From contig CAZSPB010000001.1 in assembly GCA_964608725.1 (NCBI GenBank), forward strand, positions 43,696 to 107,695: a stretch of DNA of 64,000 nucleotides, written 5' to 3'. Source of the DNA: an uncultured archaeon. Lineage in GTDB: Archaea; Aenigmatarchaeota; Aenigmatarchaeia; Aenigmatarchaeales; Aenigmatarchaeaceae. Shown here one piece after another: positions 10,897-21,465 of this stretch. Position 1 is the stretch's first letter. Each line of letters opens with the position of its first letter. Both the position numbers and the translations under genes were made by a program. The notes below the pieces were generated by a model. The model was not told the DNA's origin, did no database searches, and saw nothing but the letters and a program-made list of their open reading frames with translations.

Positions 10897-11793
10897 TTAA
10901 ATTGGAGTAATATCTCTTGTTTTCAGATTTATTATGTTATTTGGTAAGACTATAGTTACTCCTTTATAATTTTTTATTTCTCCTTTATTTGTGAAGAGAA
11001 TATCAGGTATAGGATCAATTAAAAAATCTGTTTTCTTCAAATTTACAAACCTCTTTTTTAGCAGTTCTGAGCCATCTAAATCAGGTGCTATCAAAATAAT
11101 TATATTCTCTATCTTTAGAAAGGCTGGTGTTTTCACTTTAATTTTCTTATTCTTTAAGTTATCAAAAACTTTATCAAAAAACACTTTATAGTGTGCTTCA
11201 CACTCTTTTTCATCTTTCAAGAATGCAACTAAAATTTTGTCTTTTGTGTGACTTGCGGTCCTTAATGGAATATCAGGATAAAAAATTTTGTTAGCTATTA
11301 ATTTCTCAGAATAAAAACCAGAAACAGCTATAACATCATCTAGCTCAAGTTTTTTCCAATCCTCTTCTTTAACTAAAATATCAATATCTCCTGTTGGATC
11401 CTCTAAAGTTATGAGAAACTCATTATCTTTTTCTTTCTTCTCTTTAACAAAACCAATCACACTTATTTTCCCTTTACTTCTCTTGTTTATCGAAATAACA
11501 TTCGTCAACTCAAGTTTTTTTAAAAGAATATTTTGAAGAAAATTGTACCTTTCGTTTAATTGTTTAACATACTCTTGAATTGAAAAACTTTTTCTTGGTT
11601 CAAATTCTTTTAAAATCTCAACTTCACTACTTAATATTTTTTTGATAATATCTTTAGAAAGAATAAAGGTTTGAGTTTTTTTAAGTTCTTCTAAAAGTTT
11701 CTTAATTTTTTCTTCATTAAGTTCTTTAATTATTTCAACTGCATCTTCTTTTATTAAGAAACCTTGGTTCAAAAGTTCTTTTAAAAAATTCAT
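10897..11793 (-). CDS. Degenerate DNA polymerase D small subunit (DP1)-like protein, OB fold kept, phosphoesterase motifs lost
   Basis: ERYNFLQNIL, LEDPTG, LDDVIAVSG, IFYPDIP, LKKR, LIDPIPDIL, NYKG; canonical position after cdc6. Confidence 0.75.
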   Translation of the reverse strand: MNFLKELLNQGFLIKEDAVEIIKELNEEKIKKLLEELKKTQTFILSKDIIKKILSSEVEILKEFEPRKSFSIQEYVKQLNERYNFLQNILLKKLELTNVISINKRSKGKISVIGFVKEKKEKDNEFLITLEDPTGDIDILVKEEDWKKLELDDVIAVSGFYSEKLIANKIFYPDIPLRTASHTKDKILVAFLKDEKECEAHYKVFFDKVFDNLKNKKIKVKTPAFLKIENIIILIAPDLDGSELLKKRFVNLKKTDFLIDPIPDILFTNKGEIKNYKGVTIVLPNNIINLKTRDITPI

Positions 11794-11824
11794 AAGAGTA
11801 TTTGAACCTAGAAATTTTTATTCT

Positions 11825-13030
11825 TTAAGAATAAAATATTTGCTCAAGAAGTTTTTTCAACTTCCTAAAAATAGTTTTTGATAGGTTTATACTAACTACC
11901 CTTGTTCTTCCATATCTTCCTTTTGAAACTATTTTAGCATTTATTATCCCAAAAAGATCAAGTTCACTTATAAGATCTGAAATCCTTCTTTGAGTTAATA
12001 CTTTAAGGCCTTGTTCTTTACATATTTCTTGGTAACAATCAAAAATGTCTCCTGTTTGTATTTCTTTGTTCTTTTCAGCAAGCCTTAATATAGCATAAAG
12101 TACAGCTTGGCTTTGTTTTGGTTGTGTTTTGACTGTTTCAATTATCCTATCTAAATCTATTTTTTCATGGGCCATATCTACATGAGCAACTCTAACTTTG
12201 TCTTCTCCATTTCTTTCTGCTAATTCTCCAGCTACTCTCAAGAGATCCAAAGCTCTTCTCGCATCCCCATGCTCTTGAGCTGCAAGAGCTGCACATTTTT
12301 CTATAACCCCCTCTTCTAAAACACCCGGCTCAAAAGCTATTTTTGCCCTTTCCCTTAAAATATCTTGAAGTTGTAAAGCATTGTATGGGGGAAAAATTAG
12401 TTCTTCTTCACTGAGCGAACTTTTTATCCTTGGATCTAAAGTTTCAATAAAGCTTAAATTGTTTGTTATTCCTATTAAAGAAACTCTAGAATTATGAAGC
12501 TCTTGATTCATTCTTGTTAAATTATAGAGTATTTCATCACCTGTTTTATTTATAAGAGCATCTATTTCATCAATAATAATTATAATAATTCCTTTATTCT
12601 CTTCTAATGTTTGAAAGAATGTATTGTATACTTTATCTGTTGGGAGCCCAGTAAATGGAACTTCTCTACCAAGCATCCTAGATAATTCAGCCAATAATCT
12701 ATATTCAGTATCTGCAACCCTTTTCATTTTACAGTTCACATAAAGGGTTTTAACTCTTTGGCCATTACAATTACTTATCTCTTCTAATTGGGATCCAACA
12801 TATCTTGAAACTAAAGTTTTTCCTGTTCCAGGCCTCCCATACAAGAAAATATTGCTTGGCCTTTGCCCTTTCAAAGCAGGTGCTAATATTCTACTAAGAT
12901 CATTTATCTGTCCTTCTCTATGGGGTATTGTTTCTGGAGTAAATGATATTGTTAAAGCATTTCTATTCTTAAATATTGGTTTAGATTCAAGAAATTTCAT
13001 AAAAATGTTATTATTCAATTCCCCTTTCAT
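11825..13030 (-). CDS. cdc6: Cdc6/Orc1 replication initiator (start reassigned to ATG 13030)
   Basis: PHRE, GRPGTGKT, IDEID, DPRIKSSL, FPPYNA, HGDARRALDLLR, SKGRYGRT wHTH. Confidence 0.95.
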   Translation of the reverse strand: MKGELNNNIFMKFLESKPIFKNRNALTISFTPETIPHREGQINDLSRILAPALKGQRPSNIFLYGRPGTGKTLVSRYVGSQLEEISNCNGQRVKTLYVNCKMKRVADTEYRLLAELSRMLGREVPFTGLPTDKVYNTFFQTLEENKGIIIIIIDEIDALINKTGDEILYNLTRMNQELHNSRVSLIGITNNLSFIETLDPRIKSSLSEEELIFPPYNALQLQDILRERAKIAFEPGVLEEGVIEKCAALAAQEHGDARRALDLLRVAGELAERNGEDKVRVAHVDMAHEKIDLDRIIETVKTQPKQSQAVLYAILRLAEKNKEIQTGDIFDCYQEICKEQGLKVLTQRRISDLISELDLFGIINAKIVSKGRYGRTRVVSINLSKTIFRKLKKLLEQIFYS

Positions 13031-13059
13031 AGAAAAAACCTCTATTTCTTTTGAAAGTA

Positions 13060-13287
13060 AATACGTGAAGTTATATATTTTTTTCTTCACGTTAACCCCT
13101 TTATTTCCTGTGAAGTTCATATGAAGTTTTTTCTCAAATCACACCCTATTTTTTCCTGTGAAATCTCCAGAAGAAATAAAAATTTGAAAATTTTTTAGAA
13201 CCTTTATTTCTTATAACAATGTTAATATTTATATATAAGAATAATTTTGGAAAAGTAATTACTTGTTCGACAAGAAATTAAGGGGAG
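13060..13287. promoter_or_regulatory. Putative replication origin oriC with ORB-like boxes and AT-rich DUE
   Basis: Minus-strand CTTCACAGGAAATAAAGGGGT (13095-13115) and TTTCACAGGAAAAAATAGGGTGT (13141-13163); plus-strand CTCCAGAAGAAATAAAA (13165-13181) and GTTCGACAAGAAATTAAGGGGA (13265-13286); resemble ORB TCCAGNGGAAAN-AAAGGGG; adjacent to cdc6. Confidence 0.75.
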
Positions 13288-14004
13288 CTAAAAAGATCTT
13301 TTTAATAATTTTAGAAATTCATTTTTATCTTTTATTTCTGTAATGGCAACTGGTATATTTTCTAATTCTGCTATTCTTTTCGCTAATTCATCAATTTTTT
13401 CAGAACCATGTAAAACAACTAATCCAGGCCTTAAATTTGTCACTTTTATAGCTACCATAGAACTTTTTCCTGTATGGGCTCCTATGAATATTAAGGCCCT
13501 TTTGCTTGTTGCACCATACAACTTTACCATATCCATTGGGGAAAGATCAATTATAGCTTTTAAACTATCAATAACAGTGTAACCATAAAGAGTTTCATCT
13601 GAAAGTTCTTCTTTTACAACAACATTTGCATTTATAATTTTACAAAAATCTGAAATCTTTTTTGGTATACTAAACTCTTTCATATCTAAAATAGCTTCAG
13701 AAAGGGCTGGTTTTGGGGGATAAATTGAAAACTCTTTTATAATTTTTCCACCTCTTTTCTCATCTATGGCTAACATAGCTTCGACAATTTTTCTTATTAT
13801 CTTTATTCCTGGAGATTTTCTTCTCCCATTTTCATAATCAGAAATAACAGAAGGCATTACTCTCATTTCATCAGCAAGTTTTCTTTGTGGTATCTTGAAG
13901 ATGTTTCTCCATTTTTGAATAGTTCTTCCAGCTTCATTACTAAGAACTATTTCACCAGCTATTCTTTTAGCTAACATTTCTCTTGCTAATTCTTGTGTAT
14001 TCAT
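13288..14004 (-). CDS. XRE-HTH transcriptional regulator with DRTGG-like domain
   Basis: RIAGEIVLS, KWR, SVISDYENGRRKSPG, GYTVIDS, TGKSSMVAIKV. Confidence 0.8.
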   Translation of the reverse strand: MNTQELAREMLAKRIAGEIVLSNEAGRTIQKWRNIFKIPQRKLADEMRVMPSVISDYENGRRKSPGIKIIRKIVEAMLAIDEKRGGKIIKEFSIYPPKPALSEAILDMKEFSIPKKISDFCKIINANVVVKEELSDETLYGYTVIDSLKAIIDLSPMDMVKLYGATSKRALIFIGAHTGKSSMVAIKVTNLRPGLVVLHGSEKIDELAKRIAELENIPVAITEIKDKNEFLKLLKRSF

Positions 14005-14100
14005 GTTAATATATTGTCGAAAAAAGCTTAAAAAACTTTCATTCTCTTCTAAACCCGAGTACACATAACTTTAAATATTTTTGAAAGACCAAACAATTAT

Positions 14101-14652
14101 ATGCCCACAGGAATTAAAGTGAAAGATGCAATGATAAAAAATGTAATTACTGGTAAACCAGACCAAACAGTATTTGAAGGATCTAAAGTAATGAGAGAAA
14201 AGGATATAGGAAGTCTTATAATAGTTGAGAATAGTAAGCCAATAGGTATAGTGACAAGGGAAGATATTGTTAATAAAGTAACAGCAGAAAATAAACTTGC
14301 TTCTGAAGTTTTATTAAAAGACATTATGTCAAGAAATCTTGTAACTTGCCCTCCTGATTGTGATATTTCTGAAGTTGCCAGAGTAATGTCAAGGTACCAA
14401 TATGAAAGAATACCAGTTGTTTCTAAAGGTAAGCTTGTGGGTATAATTTCTACAAGAGAAGTTGCTAAAGTTGCGCCAGCAGCACTTGAAATTCTAACAG
14501 AACATTTAAGAATTGAACAACCTCCAGAACAACCACCAGAAGAAACTATAGCTGGTGAGTGTGAACTTTGTGGGAATTTTTCTGAAGAACTTCATCATGT
14601 AAATGGATTGTGGGTTTGTGAGAATTGTATGGAAGAGGCCCAGGAACTTTAA
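14101..14652 (+). CDS. CBS-pair protein with C-terminal zinc ribbon
   Basis: Two CBS motifs; GECELCG...VCENC. Confidence 0.85.
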   Translation: MPTGIKVKDAMIKNVITGKPDQTVFEGSKVMREKDIGSLIIVENSKPIGIVTREDIVNKVTAENKLASEVLLKDIMSRNLVTCPPDCDISEVARVMSRYQYERIPVVSKGKLVGIISTREVAKVAPAALEILTEHLRIEQPPEQPPEETIAGECELCGNFSEELHHVNGLWVCENCMEEAQEL

Positions 14653-14680
14653 TATATTTAAATATTTTTAATCTAATTTT

Positions 14681-15031
14681 ATGTTTAAAGAAGAGATTGG
14701 AGAATTGTTGGAGTTACTAGATGAGATAAAAGATAAAACAATAATAGTTGAGGGTAAGAGAGATAAAGAAGCTTTATGCTCATTTGGTCTTAAAAATGTA
14801 ATAACTTTACATAAAGGCTTGTACGAAACTGCTGAAAGTTTAAAAAGTAGAGAAGTAGTAATTTTAACTGATTTCGACAGGGAAGGCAAAGGGATAGCAA
14901 AAAAACTTAATAAAATTCTCCAATCTCTTGGTTATAAGGTAGATAAGGAAAGTAGGAGGAAAATAAGCTTCCTATTTTCCAGACTAAGGATCAAAAAAAT
15001 AGAAGAATTGAGAGGTGTTATTCATGAGTAA
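14681..15031 (+). CDS. Small TOPRIM-domain protein
   Basis: IIVEGKRD, ILTDFDREG. Confidence 0.85.
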   Translation: MFKEEIGELLELLDEIKDKTIIVEGKRDKEALCSFGLKNVITLHKGLYETAESLKSREVVILTDFDREGKGIAKKLNKILQSLGYKVDKESRRKISFLFSRLRIKKIEELRGVIHE

Positions 15032-16166
15032 GTTGGCCCAAACAACTTCGAAATACACTATTTATGTTAAATTTGAGGCTGATGGTATTGTTGAGAAACC
15101 GGATGTTATAGGAGCTATTTTTGGCCAAACAGAAGGATTGTTAGGCCCTGATATGGAGTTAAGAGAATTACAAAGAACAGGAAGGATAGGAAGAATCGAC
15201 GTTAATTTAAGAACTCATAATGGAAAAACAACAGGAAAAATAATAATACCTTCTTCTCTTGATAGTGCAGAAACATCTTTAATAGCAGCTTGTGTGGAAA
15301 CTATAGAAAGAGTAGGGCCATGCAATGCTAAAATTCAAGTTGAGAGGATAGAAGATGTAAGAGCAAATAAAAGAAAGTATGTTGTTGAAAGAGCAAAAGA
15401 ATTGCTTGGAAAGATGTTTGAAGAAAATTTCTATGATATTGAACAAATAACAGAGCAAATAAAAGAAGCTATAAGAACAAGTGAAATTTCAGAGTATAAA
15501 GGTTTACCAGCAGGCCCAAATGTAGCTAACTATGACTCGATAATTATAGTTGAAGGGAGAGCAGATGTTTTAAACCTTTTGAAAAATGGTATAAAGAATG
15601 TTATTGCGATAGAAGGAACTTCCGTACCAAAGGCTATAATTGATCTCTCAAAAGAGAAAGTAGCAACAGCTTTCCTTGACGGAGATAGGGGAGGAGATTT
15701 AATACTAAAAGAGTTGTTAGAAGTTTGTGATATTGATTTTATAGCAAGAGCTCCTGAAGGGAAGGAAGTTGAAGAGTTAAGTAAGAAAGAGATTTACAAA
15801 TGTTTAAGGAGTAGAGTGCCAACACATCAAGAAACAGAAATAATAAAAGAAGAAAAAACTCACAGAATTCCTATAGAAACTAACAAACTTGATAAATTCA
15901 AAACTTTGTTAGAAGAATTAATAGGAACGAGAGCTGCATGCTTTTTAGATGAGAATATGCAAATCTTAGGCAAAGTTCCAGTTAAAGAGATGTTTTCTGC
16001 AATGAGAGGCCTTAATGCTAATGCTCTATTGTTTGATGGTAACATTGATCAAAAGCTTTTGAATCAATGTTCAGCCAATGGAATAAAATATGTAGTTGGA
16101 ATGAAGATTGATAGGGTAAGAATACCAAAAGGCATTTTTGCTTTAACTATTCAAGATTTGAGATAA
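15024..16166 (+). CDS. dnaG: Archaeal DnaG-like protein
   Basis: VEKPDVIGAIFGQTEGLLG, GRIGRI, VEGRADV, DGDRGG. Confidence 0.93.
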   Translation: MSKLAQTTSKYTIYVKFEADGIVEKPDVIGAIFGQTEGLLGPDMELRELQRTGRIGRIDVNLRTHNGKTTGKIIIPSSLDSAETSLIAACVETIERVGPCNAKIQVERIEDVRANKRKYVVERAKELLGKMFEENFYDIEQITEQIKEAIRTSEISEYKGLPAGPNVANYDSIIIVEGRADVLNLLKNGIKNVIAIEGTSVPKAIIDLSKEKVATAFLDGDRGGDLILKELLEVCDIDFIARAPEGKEVEELSKKEIYKCLRSRVPTHQETEIIKEEKTHRIPIETNKLDKFKTLLEELIGTRAACFLDENMQILGKVPVKEMFSAMRGLNANALLFDGNIDQKLLNQCSANGIKYVVGMKIDRVRIPKGIFALTIQDLR

Positions 16167-16200
16167 TTCTTTAAGTAGGAGAAAAGAAAAATTATTTGAA

Positions 16201-17601
16201 ATGATAGGAATAGCTGAGAAAGTTTTAAAGTACGCTGAAAAGAAAGTTGAGTATGCAGAGGTTAGAGCTGAGAGTTCTCAAGAGAATAGTATAACGCTTA
16301 AAAATGGCAATTTGGAGGTATTTGAATCTTCAAAAAATATTGGTTTTTGTATTAGAGTGTTAAAAAATGGTGCATTAGGGCTGGGATTTTCAAATAGTCT
16401 TAAATTTTCTAAATTGAAGAAAGCAGTTTCCGAAGCAATTAAGATGGCAAAAAGTTCGAAAAGGAAAACGAAAAAAATCCAATTTTCTGAAGAAAATGTT
16501 GTTAAAGATAAGTATGAAGTGAAGCAAGTTTTTGATCTTAAGAATATTGAACCAGAAGAAAAGATAAACTTTCTTTTAGAAGTGGATAAAACTCTTGTCC
16601 TTTCAAAATTCCCACTTTTAACAAGAGTCTTTGAACTTCTTGATGAAGTAAAAGAAAAGTATTATATTAACAGTGAAGGGACTAAAATATTTTCAAAAAT
16701 ATCAAGAGTGAGTTTAGATTACTTGTTAACAGTTGCATCAAATGGCCAAATAGAACAAAGAAGTTTTCAACTAGGAGGAACAGGAGGTTGGGAAGTTGTA
16801 AGGAAGTGGAATTTAAGAGAAAGACTTTTTGAAGAAGCAGAAATTTTAACTAAATTGTTAAAAGCTAAGAGAGCACCAAAAGGAAAGTTTGATGTTATTT
16901 TATCTCCTGAATTAGTTGGTATAGCTTCTCATGAAAGTTGTGGCCACCCTTACGAAGCTGATAGGATACTTGGAAGAGAAGCGGCCCAAGCTGGAGAATC
17001 TTTCATAACTAAAGAAATGTTAGGGAAAAGAATTGGAAGTGAAGTTGTTAACCTAGTTGATGACCCAACTTTAAAAGGGAGCTATGGTTTTTACTTGTAT
17101 GATGACGAAGGTGTTAAAGCAAAAAGAAGATTTTTAATAAAGAATGGAATTATTAATACTTTCCTTCACAATAGAGAAACAGCTTTTGAATTTGGAATTA
17201 AAAGTAATGGTGCTGCTAGGGCAGCAGATTGGTGTTTTGAACCAATAATAAGAATGGCCAATACTTTCATTTTACCAGGAGATTATAAATTTGATGAATT
17301 GATTGATGTTAGGAACGGTATTTACATAAAATCTTACATGGAATGGAATATAGATGATAAAAGGTTTAACCAAAAGTATGTTGGGTTAGAGTCTTATTTA
17401 ATAAAAAATGGGGAAATAAAAAGTTTAGTAAAGAGACCAGTTCTAGAAATTAAAACACCAAAATTTTATAGTTCTATTGATGCAGTTGGCAATGATCTTA
17501 GCTTTTCGGCAGGAACATGTGGAAAGGGCGATCCAATGCAAGGAGTCCCAGTTTGGTTTGGAGGCCCACATATTAGATTAAAGAATTTGAGGGTGAGTTA
17601 A
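16201..17601 (+). CDS. tldD: TldD family metalloprotease
   Basis: HESCGHPYEADR, YDDEG, IRMANT, GTCGKG. Confidence 0.9.
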   Translation: MIGIAEKVLKYAEKKVEYAEVRAESSQENSITLKNGNLEVFESSKNIGFCIRVLKNGALGLGFSNSLKFSKLKKAVSEAIKMAKSSKRKTKKIQFSEENVVKDKYEVKQVFDLKNIEPEEKINFLLEVDKTLVLSKFPLLTRVFELLDEVKEKYYINSEGTKIFSKISRVSLDYLLTVASNGQIEQRSFQLGGTGGWEVVRKWNLRERLFEEAEILTKLLKAKRAPKGKFDVILSPELVGIASHESCGHPYEADRILGREAAQAGESFITKEMLGKRIGSEVVNLVDDPTLKGSYGFYLYDDEGVKAKRRFLIKNGIINTFLHNRETAFEFGIKSNGAARAADWCFEPIIRMANTFILPGDYKFDELIDVRNGIYIKSYMEWNIDDKRFNQKYVGLESYLIKNGEIKSLVKRPVLEIKTPKFYSSIDAVGNDLSFSAGTCGKGDPMQGVPVWFGGPHIRLKNLRVS

Positions 17602-18903
17602 ATGAACATAATAAAATTTGCGTTAAAGAAAGGTGCTGATGATGTTGTAGTTGAAAAAGCAGATGAAATAATGAAGCAAATAAGATTTTCAAATAATTTA
17701 ATTACGGTATCAAAGGTATGGAAAACTTCTGTTTACAAAGTGTTTTTAACTAGGAATAAAAGAGTTGTAAGTACTGTGATTTATGATACTAGAAAAAAAT
17801 CTATAAAAAATGCTATAGAAAACTTGATTAAAGCAACTAAAATAATAGAACCAAATAAAGATTATTATGGAATTGCTAAAGGTCCGTTCAAATACAAAAA
17901 AATTCCAAGGCTATTTGATAAAAAACTTCTAAATGTAGATTGTGTTGATTTAGTAGAAGCAGCTATAAATTCAGCTTTAAAGTATAGCAAGAAAACAGCT
18001 GGAACTTTCGTTTTACATTTTTTAAAAAGGAATCTTGAAACTTCTTCCAAAATTTCAGCTTCTGAAAAAACAACAGCAGTAAGTTTATCCATAAGAGCTT
18101 TTAATGAAAAAGATGAGTCTGGTCATGCTGTTTCTTGTTCTAGAATTTTAAGCGAATTTAGGCCAGAGAAAGCAGGAGAGAAAGCAGGCAAAATAGCAAA
18201 ATTGGCAAAAAAACCAAAAGAAGGAAAAAAAGGAAAGTTTGATGTAATATTTGATCCTCTTTCTATAGCAAACTTGTTAAGTTTAGTAGGTCAGTTTTCT
18301 TCCATTTTTTATGTTGAGTCAGGACTTTCATTTTTGAGAGACAAGTTGAATAAAAAAGTTGGCAGTGAAAAAGTTACACTAATCGATGATGGGAGAATAG
18401 AAAATGGAGTTAACTCAACTTTATTTGATGAAGAAGGAGTTCCAACAATGAGAAAAGTAATTATAGATAAAGGCATACTAAAGACTTATCTTCATAACAC
18501 ATCAACTGCAAAGAAGTACAATGTAGAAACAACTGGAAATGCCGGTTTAATTACTCCATCTCCAACTAATATCATCTTAGAAAAGGGGAAACTTAAGAAA
18601 GAAGAATTGTTTGAAAAAGTTAAAAACGGCCTTTACATAACAAACGTATGGTACACAAGATTTCAAAATTATGTTACAGGAGATTTTTCAACTATACCTA
18701 GAGATGGTATATTCTTGATAAGAAAAGGAGAAATAGTTAGATCATTAAAAAATATTAGGATAAGTGATAACTTAGAAAGAATATTGCTAAATGTTATTGA
18801 TATTTCTAACAAGCCTGAATGGATACATTGGTGGGAGGTTCAGTTCCCTGTTCTCACACCTTACGTTTTGGTAAAAAATGTTAACATTTCAAAACCAATA
18901 TAA
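17602..18903 (+). CDS. pmbA: TldE/PmbA family protein
   Basis: FDEEGVP, TTGNAG, TGDFS, no HExxH; follows tldD. Confidence 0.85.
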   Translation: MNIIKFALKKGADDVVVEKADEIMKQIRFSNNLITVSKVWKTSVYKVFLTRNKRVVSTVIYDTRKKSIKNAIENLIKATKIIEPNKDYYGIAKGPFKYKKIPRLFDKKLLNVDCVDLVEAAINSALKYSKKTAGTFVLHFLKRNLETSSKISASEKTTAVSLSIRAFNEKDESGHAVSCSRILSEFRPEKAGEKAGKIAKLAKKPKEGKKGKFDVIFDPLSIANLLSLVGQFSSIFYVESGLSFLRDKLNKKVGSEKVTLIDDGRIENGVNSTLFDEEGVPTMRKVIIDKGILKTYLHNTSTAKKYNVETTGNAGLITPSPTNIILEKGKLKKEELFEKVKNGLYITNVWYTRFQNYVTGDFSTIPRDGIFLIRKGEIVRSLKNIRISDNLERILLNVIDISNKPEWIHWWEVQFPVLTPYVLVKNVNISKPI

Positions 18904-21015
18904 TTATAGTTTACATGTAGTACAACCACCGCTATAATCAGCTGGAACTTGAATTTCAAAATTGATTAAATCTTTCTTTTCTTTCAAAGACTCCTCTGTT
19001 ACCAAAACTTGTTTCTTTCTACTCCCATCTCTATAAACAGTAACACCTTTACATCCAAGTTTATAAGCAAGCCAATAGGCCTTTTCTATATCTCTCGGTG
19101 TTGCATGATAAGGGAAATTGATAGTTTTACTTACCGCATTATCAACATACTTTTGAAATGCAGCTTGAATTCTAATATGCCATTCAGGTGTTATGTCATG
19201 GGCCGTAACAAAAATTTTTCTAATATTTTCTGGAATTTCCTCTATATGCTGAATAGATGCTTTTTTCGAAACTTTTTTCATCAATTCTTCAGAATAAAAA
19301 CCTTCTTTTATTGCAATGGTTTCAAACAATGGATTAACTTCTACTAGATTGGTTCCAATTGTATCACCAACGTTTCTCACATAAGAAATTGCAAACAATG
19401 GTTCAATTCCACTTGAACAGCCTGCTATAACACCAATTGAACCTGTTGGTGCTATTGTTGTTACAGTAGCATTTCTCATGGCATCATACTTTCCATCCCA
19501 GATACTCCCTTTAAAATTCGGGAAAGAACCTCTTTCTCTTCCAAGCTCAACTGACATTTTTCTAGCTTCTTCAGAAATGAACTTCATTACTTTTTCGGCA
19601 ACTTCTAAAGCTTTTTCAGAATTGTAAGGAATTCTAAGTTTTATGAGCATGTCAGCAAATCCCATCACTCCAAGGCCAATTTTTCTATTCGCTTTTGTCA
19701 TCTTCTCTATTTCTGGTAATGGATACTTGTTAACATCAATAACGTTGTCCAAGAAATGAACAGCACTTCTAACTGTTTTTCTTAATTTCTCCCAATCTAT
19801 TTCACCATCAACTACCATTTTCGAAAGGTTTATTGATCCTAAATTACAGCTTTCATAAGGAAGTAAAGGCTGCTCTCCACATGGATTAGTAGCTTCTATT
19901 TTACCAATATGAGGAGTAGGATTCGATTTATTAATAGTATCTATGAAAACGACACCAGGCTCACCATTTCTCCAAGCCATAGTTACTATCAAGTTCCATA
20001 TTGCCCTTGCTTTTATTTTTTTCACAGGCTTCTTTGTCCTCGGATTTATGAGATCTATATTTTTATCTTTCAAAACAGCATCCATGAATTCATCAGTAAC
20101 AGCAACAGAAATATTAAAATTATTTAGCTCACCTTCTGTTTCTTTTGCAACTATAAAATCTAAAATATCAGGATGATCAACTCTAAGAATACCCATGTTA
20201 GCCCCCCTTCTCTTACCTCCCTGTTTTATTGCATCTGTATTTGCATTAAAAACTTTCATGAAAGATAACGGCCCAGATGCAATACCACCCGTTGACCTTA
20301 CAACATCGCCTGCAGGCCTTAATTTTGAAAAATCAAACCCAGTACCACCACCTGTCTTTTGGACTAAAGCCATAGCCTTTATAGCATCATAAATACTTTC
20401 TATACTATCTTCTACAGGAAGGACAAAGCAAGCGCTTAGTTGTCCTAAATCAGTACCAGCGTTCATAAGAGTTGGAGAATTTGGTAGGAATTCTAAATTC
20501 ACAAGCATGTTGAAGAACTCTTCTTCAGTTCTCTTAACTTCTTCTTCACTTTTTCCATAAAGTTTGTCTGCAGCTGCTATAGCTTTTGCAACCCTTCTAA
20601 ATAATTGTCTTGGAGTTTCAATTATTCTCAGATTTTCATCCCTTCTCAAATACCTGCTTGCTAAGACAATAAGTGTATTTAAAGGCAATTTCAAATCATC
20701 TTCTACTCCAAGTAAAGCTTTTGCTCTCCTAATTTCAGCTCTTTTTTGCCTATAAAGTATGTAAGCTTTTGCAGTTTTTGCATGTCCATTTTCAATCAAA
20801 ACTTTTTCTACAATATCTTGAACTTGTTCTACTGTTGGTATTTCTCCTTCTTTCAATTGCTTTTCTAAATATGAGACAACTTCATCAGCAAGTTTAGCAG
20901 AAAGTTTTTTATCTTTACCACCAACAGACTTTGCGGCTTTCCATATAGCTTCAGTAATTTTATTCTTATCAAAATCTACTATTCTTCCATCCCTCTTTCT
21001 TATTTTTTTAATCAC
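18904..21015 (-). CDS. nrdJ: Class II (AdoCbl) ribonucleotide reductase with ATP cone
   Basis: ATP cone, [33 protein letters not shown]-terminal GCTTC. Confidence 0.93.
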   Translation of the reverse strand: MIKKIRKRDGRIVDFDKNKITEAIWKAAKSVGGKDKKLSAKLADEVVSYLEKQLKEGEIPTVEQVQDIVEKVLIENGHAKTAKAYILYRQKRAEIRRAKALLGVEDDLKLPLNTLIVLASRYLRRDENLRIIETPRQLFRRVAKAIAAADKLYGKSEEEVKRTEEEFFNMLVNLEFLPNSPTLMNAGTDLGQLSACFVLPVEDSIESIYDAIKAMALVQKTGGGTGFDFSKLRPAGDVVRSTGGIASGPLSFMKVFNANTDAIKQGGKRRGANMGILRVDHPDILDFIVAKETEGELNNFNISVAVTDEFMDAVLKDKNIDLINPRTKKPVKKIKARAIWNLIVTMAWRNGEPGVVFIDTINKSNPTPHIGKIEATNPCGEQPLLPYESCNLGSINLSKMVVDGEIDWEKLRKTVRSAVHFLDNVIDVNKYPLPEIEKMTKANRKIGLGVMGFADMLIKLRIPYNSEKALEVAEKVMKFISEEARKMSVELGRERGSFPNFKGSIWDGKYDAMRNATVTTIAPTGSIGVIAGCSSGIEPLFAISYVRNVGDTIGTNLVEVNPLFETIAIKEGFYSEELMKKVSKKASIQHIEEIPENIRKIFVTAHDITPEWHIRIQAAFQKYVDNAVSKTINFPYHATPRDIEKAYWLAYKLGCKGVTVYRDGSRKKQVLVTEESLKEKKDLINFEIQVPADYSGGCTTCKL

Positions 21016-21019
21016 ACTA

Positions 21020-21463
21020 TCACCTCAGAGCTTTTTTGAAAGATTTTACATCTTTAAATGGTTTATAATATGAAGCAAATCTAACATAAGCAACTTCATC
21101 CAACTTCTTCAATTTTTTCATCACAATATCTCCTATTGTTCTGCTTTTTATTTCAGGTGTGTGCAATTCTCTTAATTCTGATTCAATTTCATTCACTAGC
21201 CTCTCTATAGTTCTCAAACTTATTGGCCTTTTTTCACAAGCTTTCATTATGCCAGTTTTTAACTTCTCTCTATCAAATCTCTCTCTTCTTCCATCTTTTT
21301 TAATAACGATAAGGTCAAGGCTCACCCTTTCGTAAGTGGTGAATCTCTTTTTGCATTTTAAACATTCCCTTCTCCTACGTATAACTTTTCCTCTTTCAGT
21401 ATCTCTTTTATCTATAACGCGAGTTCTGGGTGATTTGCAAAAAGGGCATAGGATGGTTAACAC
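21020..21463 (-). CDS. nrdR: Transcriptional repressor NrdR
   Basis: CPFC...RRRREC..C.KRFTTYER, ATP cone, VAYVRFASYY. Confidence 0.93.
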   Translation of the reverse strand: MLTILCPFCKSPRTRVIDKRDTERGKVIRRRRECLKCKKRFTTYERVSLDLIVIKKDGRRERFDREKLKTGIMKACEKRPISLRTIERLVNEIESELRELHTPEIKSRTIGDIVMKKLKKLDEVAYVRFASYYKPFKDVKSFKKALR

Positions 21464-21465
21464 CT

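Noticed and set aside
13031-13120. N-terminal 30 aa of track cdc6 ORF
   Set aside because: Overlaps ORB-like box and promoter; ATG 13030 fits homologue length
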